Shown here piece after piece: positions 34,476 through 44,109 of a stretch of DNA of 64,000 nucleotides. Origin of the DNA: Parcubacteria group bacterium ADurb.Bin192 (GTDB lineage Bacteria > Patescibacteriota > Patescibacteriia > 2-12-FULL-60-25). The notes beneath the pieces were generated by a model. The model worked only from the letters and a program-made list of their open reading frames with translations. It was not told the origin of the DNA and did not search any database. Location: contig MWCR01000005.1 of NCBI GenBank assembly GCA_002070095.1, positions 5,463 to 69,462 of the forward strand. Reading direction: 5' to 3'. The position numbers were made by a program, and so were the translations under genes. Numbering within the stretch: the stretch's first letter is position 1; every line of letters starts with the position of its first letter.

Positions 34476-35663
34476 TCATCCTCCCTGGCCCGTATCAACC
34501 TCCGAACTCTCAAGAGTTGAAGTTGAAGCGTCTGGCGTAGTAGTGGTGTTTTGAACCGGTTCCGTGGAGCTGGCGCTCGGCAAAGCCGGTTCATTAATTA
34601 CCGCCGTACCTGTTGTCGGTGCTTGTTGTTCTAAAGTTTTTTGCGCATCAAAAGCCTGTTGAGTTCCCACTTTCAACTTGGCAATAGCTTCATCCATCTT
34701 ATTCTCATCAGCCAATTGATCGACTTCGGATAAAGATTTTTGCGCTTCCGTCACTTTTTGCAAATTGGATGAAGTAGTGGTCGTCATGGCCGTTCCGCTG
34801 GCCGAACCTAAAGTAGTAGAACTGGCCGCGTCTATCGCGGGCATCGAACCAAAAGACTGGGACATGGTTTTGGACACCATCTCACCGTGCGTTTTTAAAA
34901 CGTCGGCCACATCTTGTTGCGAAACCACATCTCCGTCTGTCTTATGCGTATCAGCTAAAATCTCAATCGCCTTAACCGACGCACTGGAAGCCGCTTCTTG
35001 AGCTTCCGTGATCTTGGCTTTTTCTTCAGGCGACATTTCCAGCTTGGAATCCTGCAGAGCCTGCACCACGGCGCTGGTCTTTTGATCGATCATTTTGGCC
35101 GTGTCTTTTATATCTTGAGCGCCGGCCTTGCCCTGCATATCTCCCAACTGTTGTTTAATGGTATCCATGTCGCGCTTCAAAACCTCGGCCGTTTGGATAA
35201 CCTTTTCTTTTTTATTGGCATCGGGCGCGGCTATCACCTTTTTCATTTCATCCACTCTGCGTTCCGTAAATTCGGTTTTCAGTTTGACTTTATCTTTCGA
35301 ATCTTTGGCCATGGCCAAACGCGCCTGTTCGGTGGCCAGTTTAACACTGTATAAAAAATCTCCGGGCAAAGACTGTTCGGCCGCGGACACGGAAAACAAA
35401 GATCCGCCGAACAAGGTGACAATCACGGCCAACCCGGCAAAAACCGGTTTGCGAATCATTTTTGAAAAATTAAAAAACGGTGATACGAATTTATATAATT
35501 CACCGGCCACTTCTTTTTTACGAGGCGCTTCCACGGGCAGAGTATTTTTCACCTGCATGAGCAAGGTTGAGCGCGTGGATAATAACCAAACCGGATCCGG
35601 CTTGGATCGCTGAACTATAGCTTTGATCTTACGAATCTTTTTTAACAGCTGATAATAGCTCAT
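34476..35663 (-). CDS. single-pass membrane protein, DUF5667-like (putative anti-sigma factor)
   Basis: Cytoplasmic N-terminus of ~75 aa, TM VFAGLAVIVTLFGGSLFSV, then LPGDFLYSVKLATEQARLAMA and a long helical Lys/Glu-rich region. Lies directly downstream of the ECF sigma gene. Confidence 0.65.
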   Translation of the reverse strand: MSYYQLLKKIRKIKAIVQRSKPDPVWLLSTRSTLLMQVKNTLPVEAPRKKEVAGELYKFVSPFFNFSKMIRKPVFAGLAVIVTLFGGSLFSVSAAEQSLPGDFLYSVKLATEQARLAMAKDSKDKVKLKTEFTERRVDEMKKVIAAPDANKKEKVIQTAEVLKRDMDTIKQQLGDMQGKAGAQDIKDTAKMIDQKTSAVVQALQDSKLEMSPEEKAKITEAQEAASSASVKAIEILADTHKTDGDVVSQQDVADVLKTHGEMVSKTMSQSFGSMPAIDAASSTTLGSASGTAMTTTTSSNLQKVTEAQKSLSEVDQLADENKMDEAIAKLKVGTQQAFDAQKTLEQQAPTTGTAVINEPALPSASSTEPVQNTTTTPDASTSTLESSEVDTGQGG

Positions 35664-35670
35664 GGTTTGA

Positions 35671-36231
35671 TTAATTCAGATCTTTGATGGCCTTTAAAGC
35701 GCGATGGTAGATAACTCTGACATGTCCCACGTCTTTGTTTAAGATGGTGGCGATGTCTGAAAATTTCAGCCCATCTATCAGCCTCAAAGCCAGCACATCC
35801 CGGAAATCGTCTTTCAGCTTGTCCACCTGCTTAAGCACCAAGGCCAGCTCGGTACGGGCCTCGATCTGATCTTTGCCCCGGCCCATGTCCGTCTGTGTTA
35901 CATTAGACGTTAAATCCAGGCCAAACGTTACATCTTCAGTCTGCGCTTCGGATATAACATCTCTGTTGCGATAAAAATCCGCCACCAAATTACGCGCGAT
36001 TTGGTACAAAAAAGCTCTAAGATTGGTAATCTCTTTTTGATTCTGCAGATGTTGCCACAAGCGGGTAAAAGTCTCAGCCGTAATATCCTGCGCGTCTTCT
36101 TTACGCGGTAATTTGATAATTACAAAACGATAGATAGATTCAATATGTCTATCATATATCTTGGCAAAAGCATCCGGATCTCTTTTGATCTTCAGTCGGT
36201 AGAGTAGGTAGCGATCAATCAATTGCGTCAT
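35671..36231 (-). CDS. ECF-type RNA polymerase sigma-70 family factor
   Basis: Region 2 is FAKIYDRHIESIYRFVIIKLPRKEDAQDITAETFTRLW. Region 4 is DVLALRLIDGLKFSDIATILNKDVGHVRVIYHRALKAIKDL. Confidence 0.85.
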   Translation of the reverse strand: MTQLIDRYLLYRLKIKRDPDAFAKIYDRHIESIYRFVIIKLPRKEDAQDITAETFTRLWQHLQNQKEITNLRAFLYQIARNLVADFYRNRDVISEAQTEDVTFGLDLTSNVTQTDMGRGKDQIEARTELALVLKQVDKLKDDFRDVLALRLIDGLKFSDIATILNKDVGHVRVIYHRALKAIKDLN

Positions 36232-36390
36232 GAATTGGGGCTAAGTTAACCTAACAAACGCAAAATACAGGTGACTGGTAGCTTGCCACAAATGCGTAAA
36301 AATAACAATTATTCAACCCGGTTTTCCGGCCCCGCCAACCCCGGGAGAGAGCTGTGACTTGGTGTATTCCCATATTTGTCCAATATAGTG

Positions 36391-36419
36391 TTGACAAAAG
36401 TCTATTTTAAAGCTATAAA
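36391..36419 (+). promoter_or_regulatory. sigma70-like promoter for the small HTH gene
   Basis: TTGACA (36391-36396), 17-nt spacer, TATAAA (36414-36419), 12 nt before the ATG at 36431. Confidence 0.55.
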
Positions 36420-36430
36420 TCATACATAAT

Positions 36431-36709
36431 ATGGATACCCAAGACCTTAGATTAAGCGTTTCGCAAGCCGCCAAACTTTTCGGAGTTTCTGATCGCACCA
36501 TCCGCCGGGCCCTGGCCCTAAAACAAATCCGATATATCGTGGTGCGCAACCGCTACCAATTGAATTTCGAATCTGTGCTCAACTGGTCACAGTACAATCC
36601 CCAAGTGGCCAAAAAAAGAGATGCTAAAGGCTTGGGTCAATGGGTGGAAAAATGGAAAATCAAAAACCCCAAATTCGCCCCCCGCCCGCCCGAGCCGCCA
36701 AAGGTTTAG
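36431..36709 (+). CDS. small helix-turn-helix DNA-binding protein (excisionase/MerR-like HTH)
   Basis: LSVSQAAKLFGVSDRTIRRALALKQIRYIVVRNRYQ; 92 aa with a basic, Pro-rich tail. Confidence 0.65.
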   Translation: MDTQDLRLSVSQAAKLFGVSDRTIRRALALKQIRYIVVRNRYQLNFESVLNWSQYNPQVAKKRDAKGLGQWVEKWKIKNPKFAPRPPEPPKV

Positions 36710-36712
36710 CTT

Positions 36713-37040
36713 TGTGGATTCCCGTTTTCATAAGAAAACAACAATCATGTCATTGCGAGGAATGTAATCATGACGTGGCAATCTGCTTAGACGACTAGCC
36801 AATAAGCGAGATTGCCGCGTCGTCGGACTCCTCGCAATGACATGGTGGCATTTTAATGATTTAGTGATGACGTCCCTCTTTTTGTCATCCTCGCGTAGGC
36901 GGGGATCCAGTTTATAAACTCACCCTAACCCTCTCTTAAGATTAAGAGAGGGAAAGTAAGCTCGAAAGTGGAGCACAGCTCTGTCGTAGGACGACTGGGA
37001 CGTGCGACGTAGGACGTGCGACGAGCGACGTTAAATACGC
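36713..37040 (+). repeat. intergenic cluster of hairpin modules ending in a GACGNNN heptamer array
   Basis: gtggattcccg; long hairpin gtcattgcgagg...cctcgcaatgac (36749-36841); gtcatcctcgcgtaggcggggatcc; ccctctcttaagattaagagaggg; then heptamers gacgact..gacgtgc gacgtag gacgtgc gacgagc gacgtta (about 36983-37035) running into the stop of the next gene. Confidence 0.85.
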
Positions 37041-38257
37041 TAATAATTTCCGTAAATCCGTTCCAACCCGGCCAAATGTTTTTCCCAAGTATGTTTTTGA
37101 TTAACCAACTCCCGGCCCGCATCACCCATTTCCAATCTTTGTTCCGGACTAAAAGTTTCCATTTGATTAATCGCCTCGATCAAAGATTCTATCTTGCCGG
37201 GGTCAACCAAAAAACCATTGATACCATCCTGCGCGAGTTCCGGAATGCCTCCCAAGTTGGAAGCTATCACGGGCGTACCCAAAGCCATGGCTTCCAAAAT
37301 AGACAAGGAAGAATTTTCGTACATCAAAGTCGGCTGAATCAAAGCCTTGGCCTTGGATACCTGCTCCGCGACCAAAGCGCTGTCCAAAAAACCCAAAAAC
37401 TCAACTTTATCCGAACCTGATTGCTCAACCAATTTATGCAATTCATGTTTTTGCGGCCCGTCACCGATAATCAACAGCCTGCTTTGTGTATTGGCGCGCA
37501 AAAAAGCCCTGATCAAAATCTCCGGGCCTTTTTCAGCTGACAACCGGCCCACATACACATAATCACCCGTGCCGCGTTCCGCGGATAACTGCTTGACTTG
37601 CTCAACCGGATTGGGCAGATAAACCAATTTTCCGGGCGGCTCTCCCCAGTCTTCCATTTTTCGGCGCATGAATTCCGAAGGACAAATAAAACGCGTGACC
37701 GCTTTTTCATAGCTCTGAAAAAACTTGGTCATGTACATTTCGGAAGAGGCCAGCAAGCTGGGCCAAAATCCACCCAAACAGCCATGGCAAACAGCGTTGT
37801 AATACTTACCGCCCCGGCACCGCTCGCATGGCCGTCCGCCGACAAACATTTTATAGTTGGGACAAGCCAGTTTGTAATCGTGTAAAGTTTGAAAACAGGG
37901 GATAGAGTGCCGGTTAATCACCCTCAAGAGGCTGGTGGATAAGTGATGATAAATATTATGCAAATGCACCACGTCCGGCTTCAGATCGGAAATCTGTCTT
38001 TCAAAAGATTTTTCAGCTTCCGTATTCCACACAAAATTTTTAGCCTTTTTCAAATCCAAAACCGCGCCTTCCGCTTTATCGTACGCGTAACGAGTGACAA
38101 AATAATTTTTATCCACAGTTGGCAAATTGCGCTCTGACCGGGTTGAAAAAGCGTGCACCTCATGCCCCGCCTCCTGTTGTTTTTTAATCAAGGAATGCAA
38201 ATAAACTTCAGCTCCCCCATTCAAATCAAAAAATTTATTAACGTGCAAAATCTTCAT
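37040..38257 (-). CDS. glycosyltransferase family 4
   Basis: MKILHVNKFFDLNGGAEVYLHSL...YVGRLSAEKGPEILI...MYENSSLSILEAMALGTPVIASNLGGIPE. Confidence 0.85.
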   Translation of the reverse strand: MKILHVNKFFDLNGGAEVYLHSLIKKQQEAGHEVHAFSTRSERNLPTVDKNYFVTRYAYDKAEGAVLDLKKAKNFVWNTEAEKSFERQISDLKPDVVHLHNIYHHLSTSLLRVINRHSIPCFQTLHDYKLACPNYKMFVGGRPCERCRGGKYYNAVCHGCLGGFWPSLLASSEMYMTKFFQSYEKAVTRFICPSEFMRRKMEDWGEPPGKLVYLPNPVEQVKQLSAERGTGDYVYVGRLSAEKGPEILIRAFLRANTQSRLLIIGDGPQKHELHKLVEQSGSDKVEFLGFLDSALVAEQVSKAKALIQPTLMYENSSLSILEAMALGTPVIASNLGGIPELAQDGINGFLVDPGKIESLIEAINQMETFSPEQRLEMGDAGRELVNQKHTWEKHLAGLERIYGNY

Positions 38258-40140
38258 ACGGCTTTGGATTTTAAACCTTCAGCCAAAACCTCTTGATACA
38301 ACTCCGCGTAAGCGGCCGCCATGTTCCGCTGTTCAAATTTTTGCCAATCAGACTCCGCGGCGCGCCGGGCTTTTTCCGTATAAGGCGCAGGATCTATCAA
38401 AACGCTTCTAACAGCCTGGCTCCAGGCCTGAATATCATCCGAAGGCACAAAAGTAACCTGCGAATCATCCAGCAATTCTCTTAAAACCGGTAAGTCGCTG
38501 CACAAAACCGGAATACCGGCGGCCGCGGCTTCGATCACCGCCAAACCAAAACCCTCCCATTTGGACGGAAAACAAAACAAATCATGATCAGCCAGCAAAT
38601 CAGGCACATCTTCTCTGACCCCCAAAAAACTGACCCGGGGCGCGAGGCGCAGTTCATAAGCCAAGTTGCACAATTTTTGCCGCAAACTGCCGTCCCCCAC
38701 CACGGTCAATTGCCAAGGCTGTTTGATATAAGACAAAGCGCGCAATAACAGCTCGGGATTTTTTTGCTCTTCCAAGCGCCCCACATAAATTATGCGGGGA
38801 ATATCGTGCAACAACGTACCTGATCTTTTTTTTATTTTGGACAGATCCAAACCATTGTAAATCAAACGTATTTTTGTTTGAGGCACGCCTACCCGGTCTT
38901 GCAGATAAACACTTACCATCTTGGAGATGGCCGCGTACTTAACCGAAAAGCCGGCCATCAAACGCAAAACCAAAGACCGTGTCCGGCTGTAATCAGGATT
39001 GACGTTGTGCTCCGTAGTGACGATGTTTTTCAGCCCGGCCAAGCGCGCGGCCAGCCGCCCCCAAGTATCACCGCCAAAAAGATGCGTATGCACCACCTCA
39101 GGCCTAACATCCATCAGCCACTGGCGCATGTTCCAAAAAGATTTCCAACGCCCCAAAAATCCCCGCCTTTCCATGACCGTGCACGGCACATGTTTGCTCT
39201 TTAAAATCTTATGTAATTGACCTGTTCTGACATGCGCCAAAACCGCCACGCTAAACCCTCGTTCCGGCAACAATTCGGCCAATTGAGTGACAATGATCTC
39301 GGCTCCTCCCAGTTCCAGCGTGGGAATGATTTGCACGGCCAAGGGCTGGGCTTGAGACAACCGGGTTTCCAACAGCCAGCCGTCAGCCGTTTTTCTGGGC
39401 CAATAATCACTCATGACATTGTCCCAAGCATCCAGCACATGAAAACACCGGCTCCCGCGCCGCATCCAGATCCGGCCCATGAGATAAAAAAATTCTTTAA
39501 ACCAAACCGACGCGTTATCCGAAAACACCACCATGAAACCCGCGTCTTTGAGTTGCTTGATCAGCCGGCGGTAAGAATAAAACTGTTTGTGCGGATCCTG
39601 CGCCAAACTCTGGATGGTGGAAATGCCAATCAGACGCTTGATAATCTTTTTAACCCAGCGCCCGCCCTGATTCCTGTCCAACAAACGGCGGATACGCTCT
39701 TCCAAGCTTTGTCCATTGGGCAATGAGAATAAAACCAGACCATGAGGCGTGAGCTTTTTCTTGATGGTTTGTAAAAATACTTCGGGCCGGCTTTGATGTT
39801 CCAAAACTTCGGAGCAAATTATGATATCAAAACTGTTATCCGGCACCGCGGTTTCATCACCCACCACAAAAGTGGCCATCACTCCGGCTTCTTCCGCGGC
39901 TTGCGCGGCCGCTTTAACGGCCGCGTCCGAAAAATCCATGCCCACCACCTGAAAACCCATGGCCGCCAAAGGTATGGAAATATTGCCGTTGCCGCAACCT
40001 ATATCCAATATCTTATATTCAGCCGGATCATCATCTCCGGCAAAAGCTTGAACTCGGTCCATGAAAAAATCCAAACGGCGCAGACCTCCTGGTTCGCGAT
40101 GATAAGCGGTAACCGCGTGATAGGGACGCGAAGGACGCAT
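38254..40140 (-). CDS. fusion: SAM methyltransferase + GT4 glycosyltransferase
   Basis: N-terminus ILDIGCGNGNISIPLA...DIIICSEVLEHQSRPEVFLQTIKKKLTPHGLVLFSLPN. C-terminus IQIIPTLELGGAEIIV...YVGRLEEQKNPELLL...SKWEGFGLAVIEAAAAGIPVLCSD. The ATG at 40140 (MRPSRP) sits just after the upstream stop; the track start 40179 overlaps the upstream gene. Confidence 0.75.
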   Translation of the reverse strand: MRPSRPYHAVTAYHREPGGLRRLDFFMDRVQAFAGDDDPAEYKILDIGCGNGNISIPLAAMGFQVVGMDFSDAAVKAAAQAAEEAGVMATFVVGDETAVPDNSFDIIICSEVLEHQSRPEVFLQTIKKKLTPHGLVLFSLPNGQSLEERIRRLLDRNQGGRWVKKIIKRLIGISTIQSLAQDPHKQFYSYRRLIKQLKDAGFMVVFSDNASVWFKEFFYLMGRIWMRRGSRCFHVLDAWDNVMSDYWPRKTADGWLLETRLSQAQPLAVQIIPTLELGGAEIIVTQLAELLPERGFSVAVLAHVRTGQLHKILKSKHVPCTVMERRGFLGRWKSFWNMRQWLMDVRPEVVHTHLFGGDTWGRLAARLAGLKNIVTTEHNVNPDYSRTRSLVLRLMAGFSVKYAAISKMVSVYLQDRVGVPQTKIRLIYNGLDLSKIKKRSGTLLHDIPRIIYVGRLEEQKNPELLLRALSYIKQPWQLTVVGDGSLRQKLCNLAYELRLAPRVSFLGVREDVPDLLADHDLFCFPSKWEGFGLAVIEAAAAGIPVLCSDLPVLRELLDDSQVTFVPSDDIQAWSQAVRSVLIDPAPYTEKARRAAESDWQKFEQRNMAAAYAELYQEVLAEGLKSKAV

Positions 40141-40141
40141 G

Positions 40142-41605
40142 TTAAATAAGTGAAGGCGGTTCAAGCTCACGATCCGCATGCCGCAAAATGGAAATACCGG
40201 CCAGCATAATACCCACGGGCAGCCACATGTGAGCCGTCCAATAAGCGGTGTTCAGGAATTGATACAAGATCGCGCCGCCCGCCGAACAGACCAGGGCATA
40301 GGCCGCCAACTGTTTGTTTTTGGGTATGAATTTCAGCGTATGCCTGATCATTTCAACTCCGGCCAGCAATAACCACGCATAGGTCAATATACCCAATAAT
40401 CCGGTTTCTGTCATGAGCTTCTGCCAAAAGCCGTGCGCGTCCAAAGGATCGCCGAATTCTTGAATAAAAACTTGGGCACTGCCCACCCGCCACACATAGG
40501 TTCCGGCCCCGCTGCCGATAATGGGGTGCTCTAAAAAAGCTTGGTAAGCAATGTCGGTCAGCATCCAACGCGTGGAATTGGAACTTTGGGCCACGTGCGA
40601 AAAACTGAATTGAATCTGAATTAAAGCCAAAGGTATCAGCAAGATAATTAAAAACAACAATTCACTGATATATTTTTTGACCATGGGCCGCCAAACCGTG
40701 GCCAGCATAAACACGGCCTGCGCGAAAAACACAATCCAAGCCGTGCGCGCGAAAGTCATCAAAGCCACCAACAGCTGTAACCCGGCCAGGCCGAACAAAA
40801 GACTTTTCCAACGATCTTTCTTGGCCAACACAGCCAAAGCCATGGACAAGGGCCCGGTCATTAAAAGCAGTTCGGCCAATACGTTATGATTTTCCCCGAT
40901 CGGGCTCAAACCGAACAAAGCTATGGGATGCGCCCGCCTCACAAACGAACCGATTGATTCAACACTGGCCAAAGACAATAGTCCGTTCAAAGAGGCCAGC
41001 ACGCCCACCACGGTCAAAATACCCAAAACCGCTTTCAGCCGGCGGCGCGAACGGATCAAGTTAACGGGCATGACCACAAAAGCCACGTAGCAAAACAAAA
41101 CGGGTCGTAAAACAAATTTCAAAACCATCACCGGATCGGGTGCGTACGAACTGAAAACCGATATCAAATGAGCTCCGGTCAAAGCCAAATATGGTTGCCA
41201 CAAAGGCAAGATCGGCTGCCAATTACTGTCCCGCCGCTTATACCAAAGATAAAAAATCTTGATGGCCCAGGCCCCCAGCACAAACAGCAAGATGGTCTCC
41301 CCTAAAAACAAGTCTATGGATCCGCCAAAAGCTCTCTCTCCGAACTTAAGACTGCCGGTGGGAATGGAGACGGTAAAACCCAAAAAAGGCAAGAAAAAAA
41401 TGGCTAAATAAAGCGTAAAATACGTAAAACGCCAGGCGAATAAGATACCGATTAAACATGTGACTAAAAAAAATGGGGCTAAGTTGAGCCCAAAAGCCAC
41501 CAATAAACTGCCTAAAAACAAGACTAAAAATATCACCCAAAACAAACTCCGCCAGTTATTGGAAAGGCTGTTTTTAGCTTTATTTTGGCCATTTTCATCC
41601 TCCAT
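40142..41605 (-). CDS. O-antigen ligase family (Wzy/WaaL-like) membrane protein
   Basis: 487 aa, polytopic. FARTAWIVFFAQAVFML and HPIIGSGAGTYVW are typical of the Wzy_C loop region. Confidence 0.7.
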   Translation of the reverse strand: MEDENGQNKAKNSLSNNWRSLFWVIFLVLFLGSLLVAFGLNLAPFFLVTCLIGILFAWRFTYFTLYLAIFFLPFLGFTVSIPTGSLKFGERAFGGSIDLFLGETILLFVLGAWAIKIFYLWYKRRDSNWQPILPLWQPYLALTGAHLISVFSSYAPDPVMVLKFVLRPVLFCYVAFVVMPVNLIRSRRRLKAVLGILTVVGVLASLNGLLSLASVESIGSFVRRAHPIALFGLSPIGENHNVLAELLLMTGPLSMALAVLAKKDRWKSLLFGLAGLQLLVALMTFARTAWIVFFAQAVFMLATVWRPMVKKYISELLFLIILLIPLALIQIQFSFSHVAQSSNSTRWMLTDIAYQAFLEHPIIGSGAGTYVWRVGSAQVFIQEFGDPLDAHGFWQKLMTETGLLGILTYAWLLLAGVEMIRHTLKFIPKNKQLAAYALVCSAGGAILYQFLNTAYWTAHMWLPVGIMLAGISILRHADRELEPPSLI

Positions 41606-41777
41606 TGACGGTCATTATATCATATCCATATTATATCCGCGTTACAGGTTCTGAATGCTTAAGGCTGAACAACTCTGCTCAAGCACCCGCGGGGCTTGAC
41701 AAAAACCCAATTTTAGCCTTAAGTGTCAACACATTTCGTACCTCGACATCGAGGACAACAACGAGGAGGAGCCCATC

Positions 41778-43364
41778 ATGGGAACGAACCGAATGAAGAT
41801 GGTCAAGGCAGTGAGCTTGCTCGGAAGCGTTGGCGGTGCGGCAGTGCTCGGCGGATTCATGATCCAGACGAGCGCCTGCGGCAACTTGGACACGCTCGAG
41901 CCCACAGGCTCGCAGAAGGAAGCCATCGAGCGCGGCGAGTACGGCTGCACCTGCGAGGAGAACGGGAAGTTCATCCAGACGGACAGCGGCGCGACCGCGG
42001 TCTGCGTGGACCGGCTGGCCGTGGAAGATGTCCTGGCCGCCGCGGCCACCCTGTACAACCCGAATTTCGTGTACAAGAACTGCCCGGAGCTGAACGGTCA
42101 GGATGCTGGCACGGGCGGAACCGGAGGCACGGGCGGGACTGGAGGAATGGGCGGCACCGGAGGCACGGGCGGAGCTGACGCAGGACTTCCCTGCGACGGG
42201 CTGTGCGGTACAGGAACCCACTGCGACCAAGCCACCAACAAGTGCGTGGCTGACGAGCAGGACGCAGGCACCGGAGGCACGGGCGGTACTGGTGGAACAG
42301 GTGGTACCGGAGGCACGGGCGGAGCTGACGCAGGACTTCCCTGCGACGGATTGTGTTCGATCGGAACCAAGTGCGACGAAACCACCAACAAGTGCGTGCC
42401 CAACGACTGCGACGGGCTCTGTTCGACCGGAACCAAGTGCGACCCGGTCACCAACACCTGCGTGCCCGATGGCACCGGTGGAACCGGAGGCACAGGCGGA
42501 ACGACCGTCGACGCCGGACTCCCCTGCGACGGCCTCTGCGGGCCGGGCACCTACTGCGATCCGGTCACGGACAAGTGCCTGCCATCGGAGCCCTGCAACG
42601 GCATGTGCGGACCCGGAACCGTGTGCAACGAGCAGACCAACCTTTGCGAGTACTATCCGCCCGATGGCGGCGTGGGTGGTACGGGCGGAACCGGAGGCAC
42701 AGGCGGAACGGGCGGAACCGGTGGAACCGGAGGCACGGACGCGGGTACGGTCAACGAGTGCCATCCGGGCGAGCTCTGCTCGCTCTACGGCTGGCAGGAG
42801 TGCCACTACTGCCAATCCGGCGGTGTGGAGTACTACTGCCAGGGCGGGATCATGTCCGAAAAGGACGAGGATCTCGGGTGGAACCCCACCTGCTGGAACA
42901 ACACCAGCGGGTGCCCCCAGCTGGGCACGGACAACAAGCTCTCCATCATCGTCCAGACGGGTGAGAACCCGCCCCTCGGCGAGGCGCTCGCCACCTACTC
43001 CAGAGTCGAATACCCGCTCGACACGGACGAGACGTGGTACGTGAACCACGGCGCGGTCAACGTCAGCCAGATGGCGGCCGTGCTCAAGGACGTGGACGGC
43101 GACGACGCCGTCTACGCCAAGGACGCGGTGATCACGTTCACCGTGGGCTTCGCGCCCACCACGGACAACAACGTCATGGGCTGGGACCTGCGTTGCGGGC
43201 AGACCGGCGGCTGCGACGCGACGGACAAGTACATCCTGTGCGACGGCAAGAAGAACACTCCTCTAGCGGTCTTCGAAGACGGAGCGTTCACCACCGGCGG
43301 CACGTACTGCTTCGACAACTACCCCGATGATTGGGGGCTGAACGTCCGCTGCACGCTCCCCTAG
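41778..43364 (+). CDS. secreted cysteine-rich repeat protein, probable lipoprotein (high-GC gene A)
   Basis: GGAGG lies 8-9 nt before the ATG. Signal and lipobox-like sequence ..GGFMIQTSAC. At least 5 units of C-x3-C-x2-GT-x-C-x5-6-C (CDGLCGTGTHCDQATNKC) separated by GTGGTGGTGG linkers, then a unique ~200-aa C-terminal domain. Confidence 0.8.
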   Translation: MGTNRMKMVKAVSLLGSVGGAAVLGGFMIQTSACGNLDTLEPTGSQKEAIERGEYGCTCEENGKFIQTDSGATAVCVDRLAVEDVLAAAATLYNPNFVYKNCPELNGQDAGTGGTGGTGGTGGMGGTGGTGGADAGLPCDGLCGTGTHCDQATNKCVADEQDAGTGGTGGTGGTGGTGGTGGADAGLPCDGLCSIGTKCDETTNKCVPNDCDGLCSTGTKCDPVTNTCVPDGTGGTGGTGGTTVDAGLPCDGLCGPGTYCDPVTDKCLPSEPCNGMCGPGTVCNEQTNLCEYYPPDGGVGGTGGTGGTGGTGGTGGTGGTDAGTVNECHPGELCSLYGWQECHYCQSGGVEYYCQGGIMSEKDEDLGWNPTCWNNTSGCPQLGTDNKLSIIVQTGENPPLGEALATYSRVEYPLDTDETWYVNHGAVNVSQMAAVLKDVDGDDAVYAKDAVITFTVGFAPTTDNNVMGWDLRCGQTGGCDATDKYILCDGKKNTPLAVFEDGAFTTGGTYCFDNYPDDWGLNVRCTLP

Positions 43365-43383
43365 TCCTCGACAACCTCAACAC

Positions 43384-43405
43384 GGGGTGCTCACGTGAGC
43401 ACCCC
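43384..43405 (+). terminator. 22-nt perfect GC-rich palindrome downstream of gene A (possible terminator hairpin, no T-run)
   Basis: ggggtgctcac|gtgagcacccc, 20 nt after the stop codon. Confidence 0.35.
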
Positions 43406-43794
43406 GCTCAACCTCTAGGCCCCTGTATCGATCGCATTCTCGCGACTCGGTGCAGGCGGCCTATTATTTTTGTATAAACTGCCGATGCCTTTATTAACAA
43501 AGCCGTAATCCTATAAACTCTTCGTCATCCTGACTTCCGGTTGTCATCCTGAACCTCCAGTCGTCATCCTGACCACCAAATCGTCATCCTGAACTTGTTT
43601 CAGGATCTCTGAACTCAATAACCACTGTTATTCAGTATGATTAGGAGTTAGATCCTGAACTGAATTCAGGATGACAGAAGGAGAAACAGGATAATAGGAG
43701 TGAGATGCTGAACTGAATTCAGCATGACGGAAGAAGGAATCAGCCCCCAATCGTCATCACACGCCACCCACGGTCATCCCGAACTCCCAAATCG

Positions 43795-44109
43795 TCATCC
43801 TGAACTTGTTTCAGGATCTCCAACCAATCCACCAAACAAATCTTCAAAACAAGGATTGTCTTTTAAGACTAAATTAATCTTCCAATCTCTGTGCCATCTT
43901 TTCAGTTGTTTTTCTCTTTCAATGGCCACGATAGGACTATTGGCGATTTCATAATAAACCAATTTAGTAATGTTATATTTCTTGGTGAAACCTTGGACTA
44001 AACCTCTTTTATGTTCGTCTACCCTTCTCAACAAATCATTAGTTACCCCGATATAAAATACGGTATTGACTGAATTAGTCATGATGTAAACATACATGTT
44101 TTTTGGCAT
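43795..44109 (-). CDS. GIY-YIG nuclease family protein (URI domain, UPF0213-like), copy 1
   Basis: YVYIMTNSVNTVFYIGVTNDLLRRVDEH...EREKQLKRWHRDWKINLV..NPCFEDL. The last residues DPETSSG and the stop are encoded by the hairpin gatcctgaaacaagttcaggatga. Confidence 0.85.
   Translation of the reverse strand: MPKNMYVYIMTNSVNTVFYIGVTNDLLRRVDEHKRGLVQGFTKKYNITKLVYYEIANSPIVAIEREKQLKRWHRDWKINLVLKDNPCFEDLFGGLVGDPETSSG

Noticed and set aside
34117-34594. ORFs 34117..34356 and 34367..34594 between the anti-sigma-like gene and the 1300-aa gene.
   Set aside because: Arg-rich low-complexity translations. One overlaps the 3' end of 34476..35663. The region is better explained as promoter and leader.
36431-36709. 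The excisionase-like HTH might be evidence of a prophage or integrative element.
   Set aside because: No integrase, att-like repeats or phage genes are nearby. Small HTH proteins of this kind also occur as stand-alone regulators.
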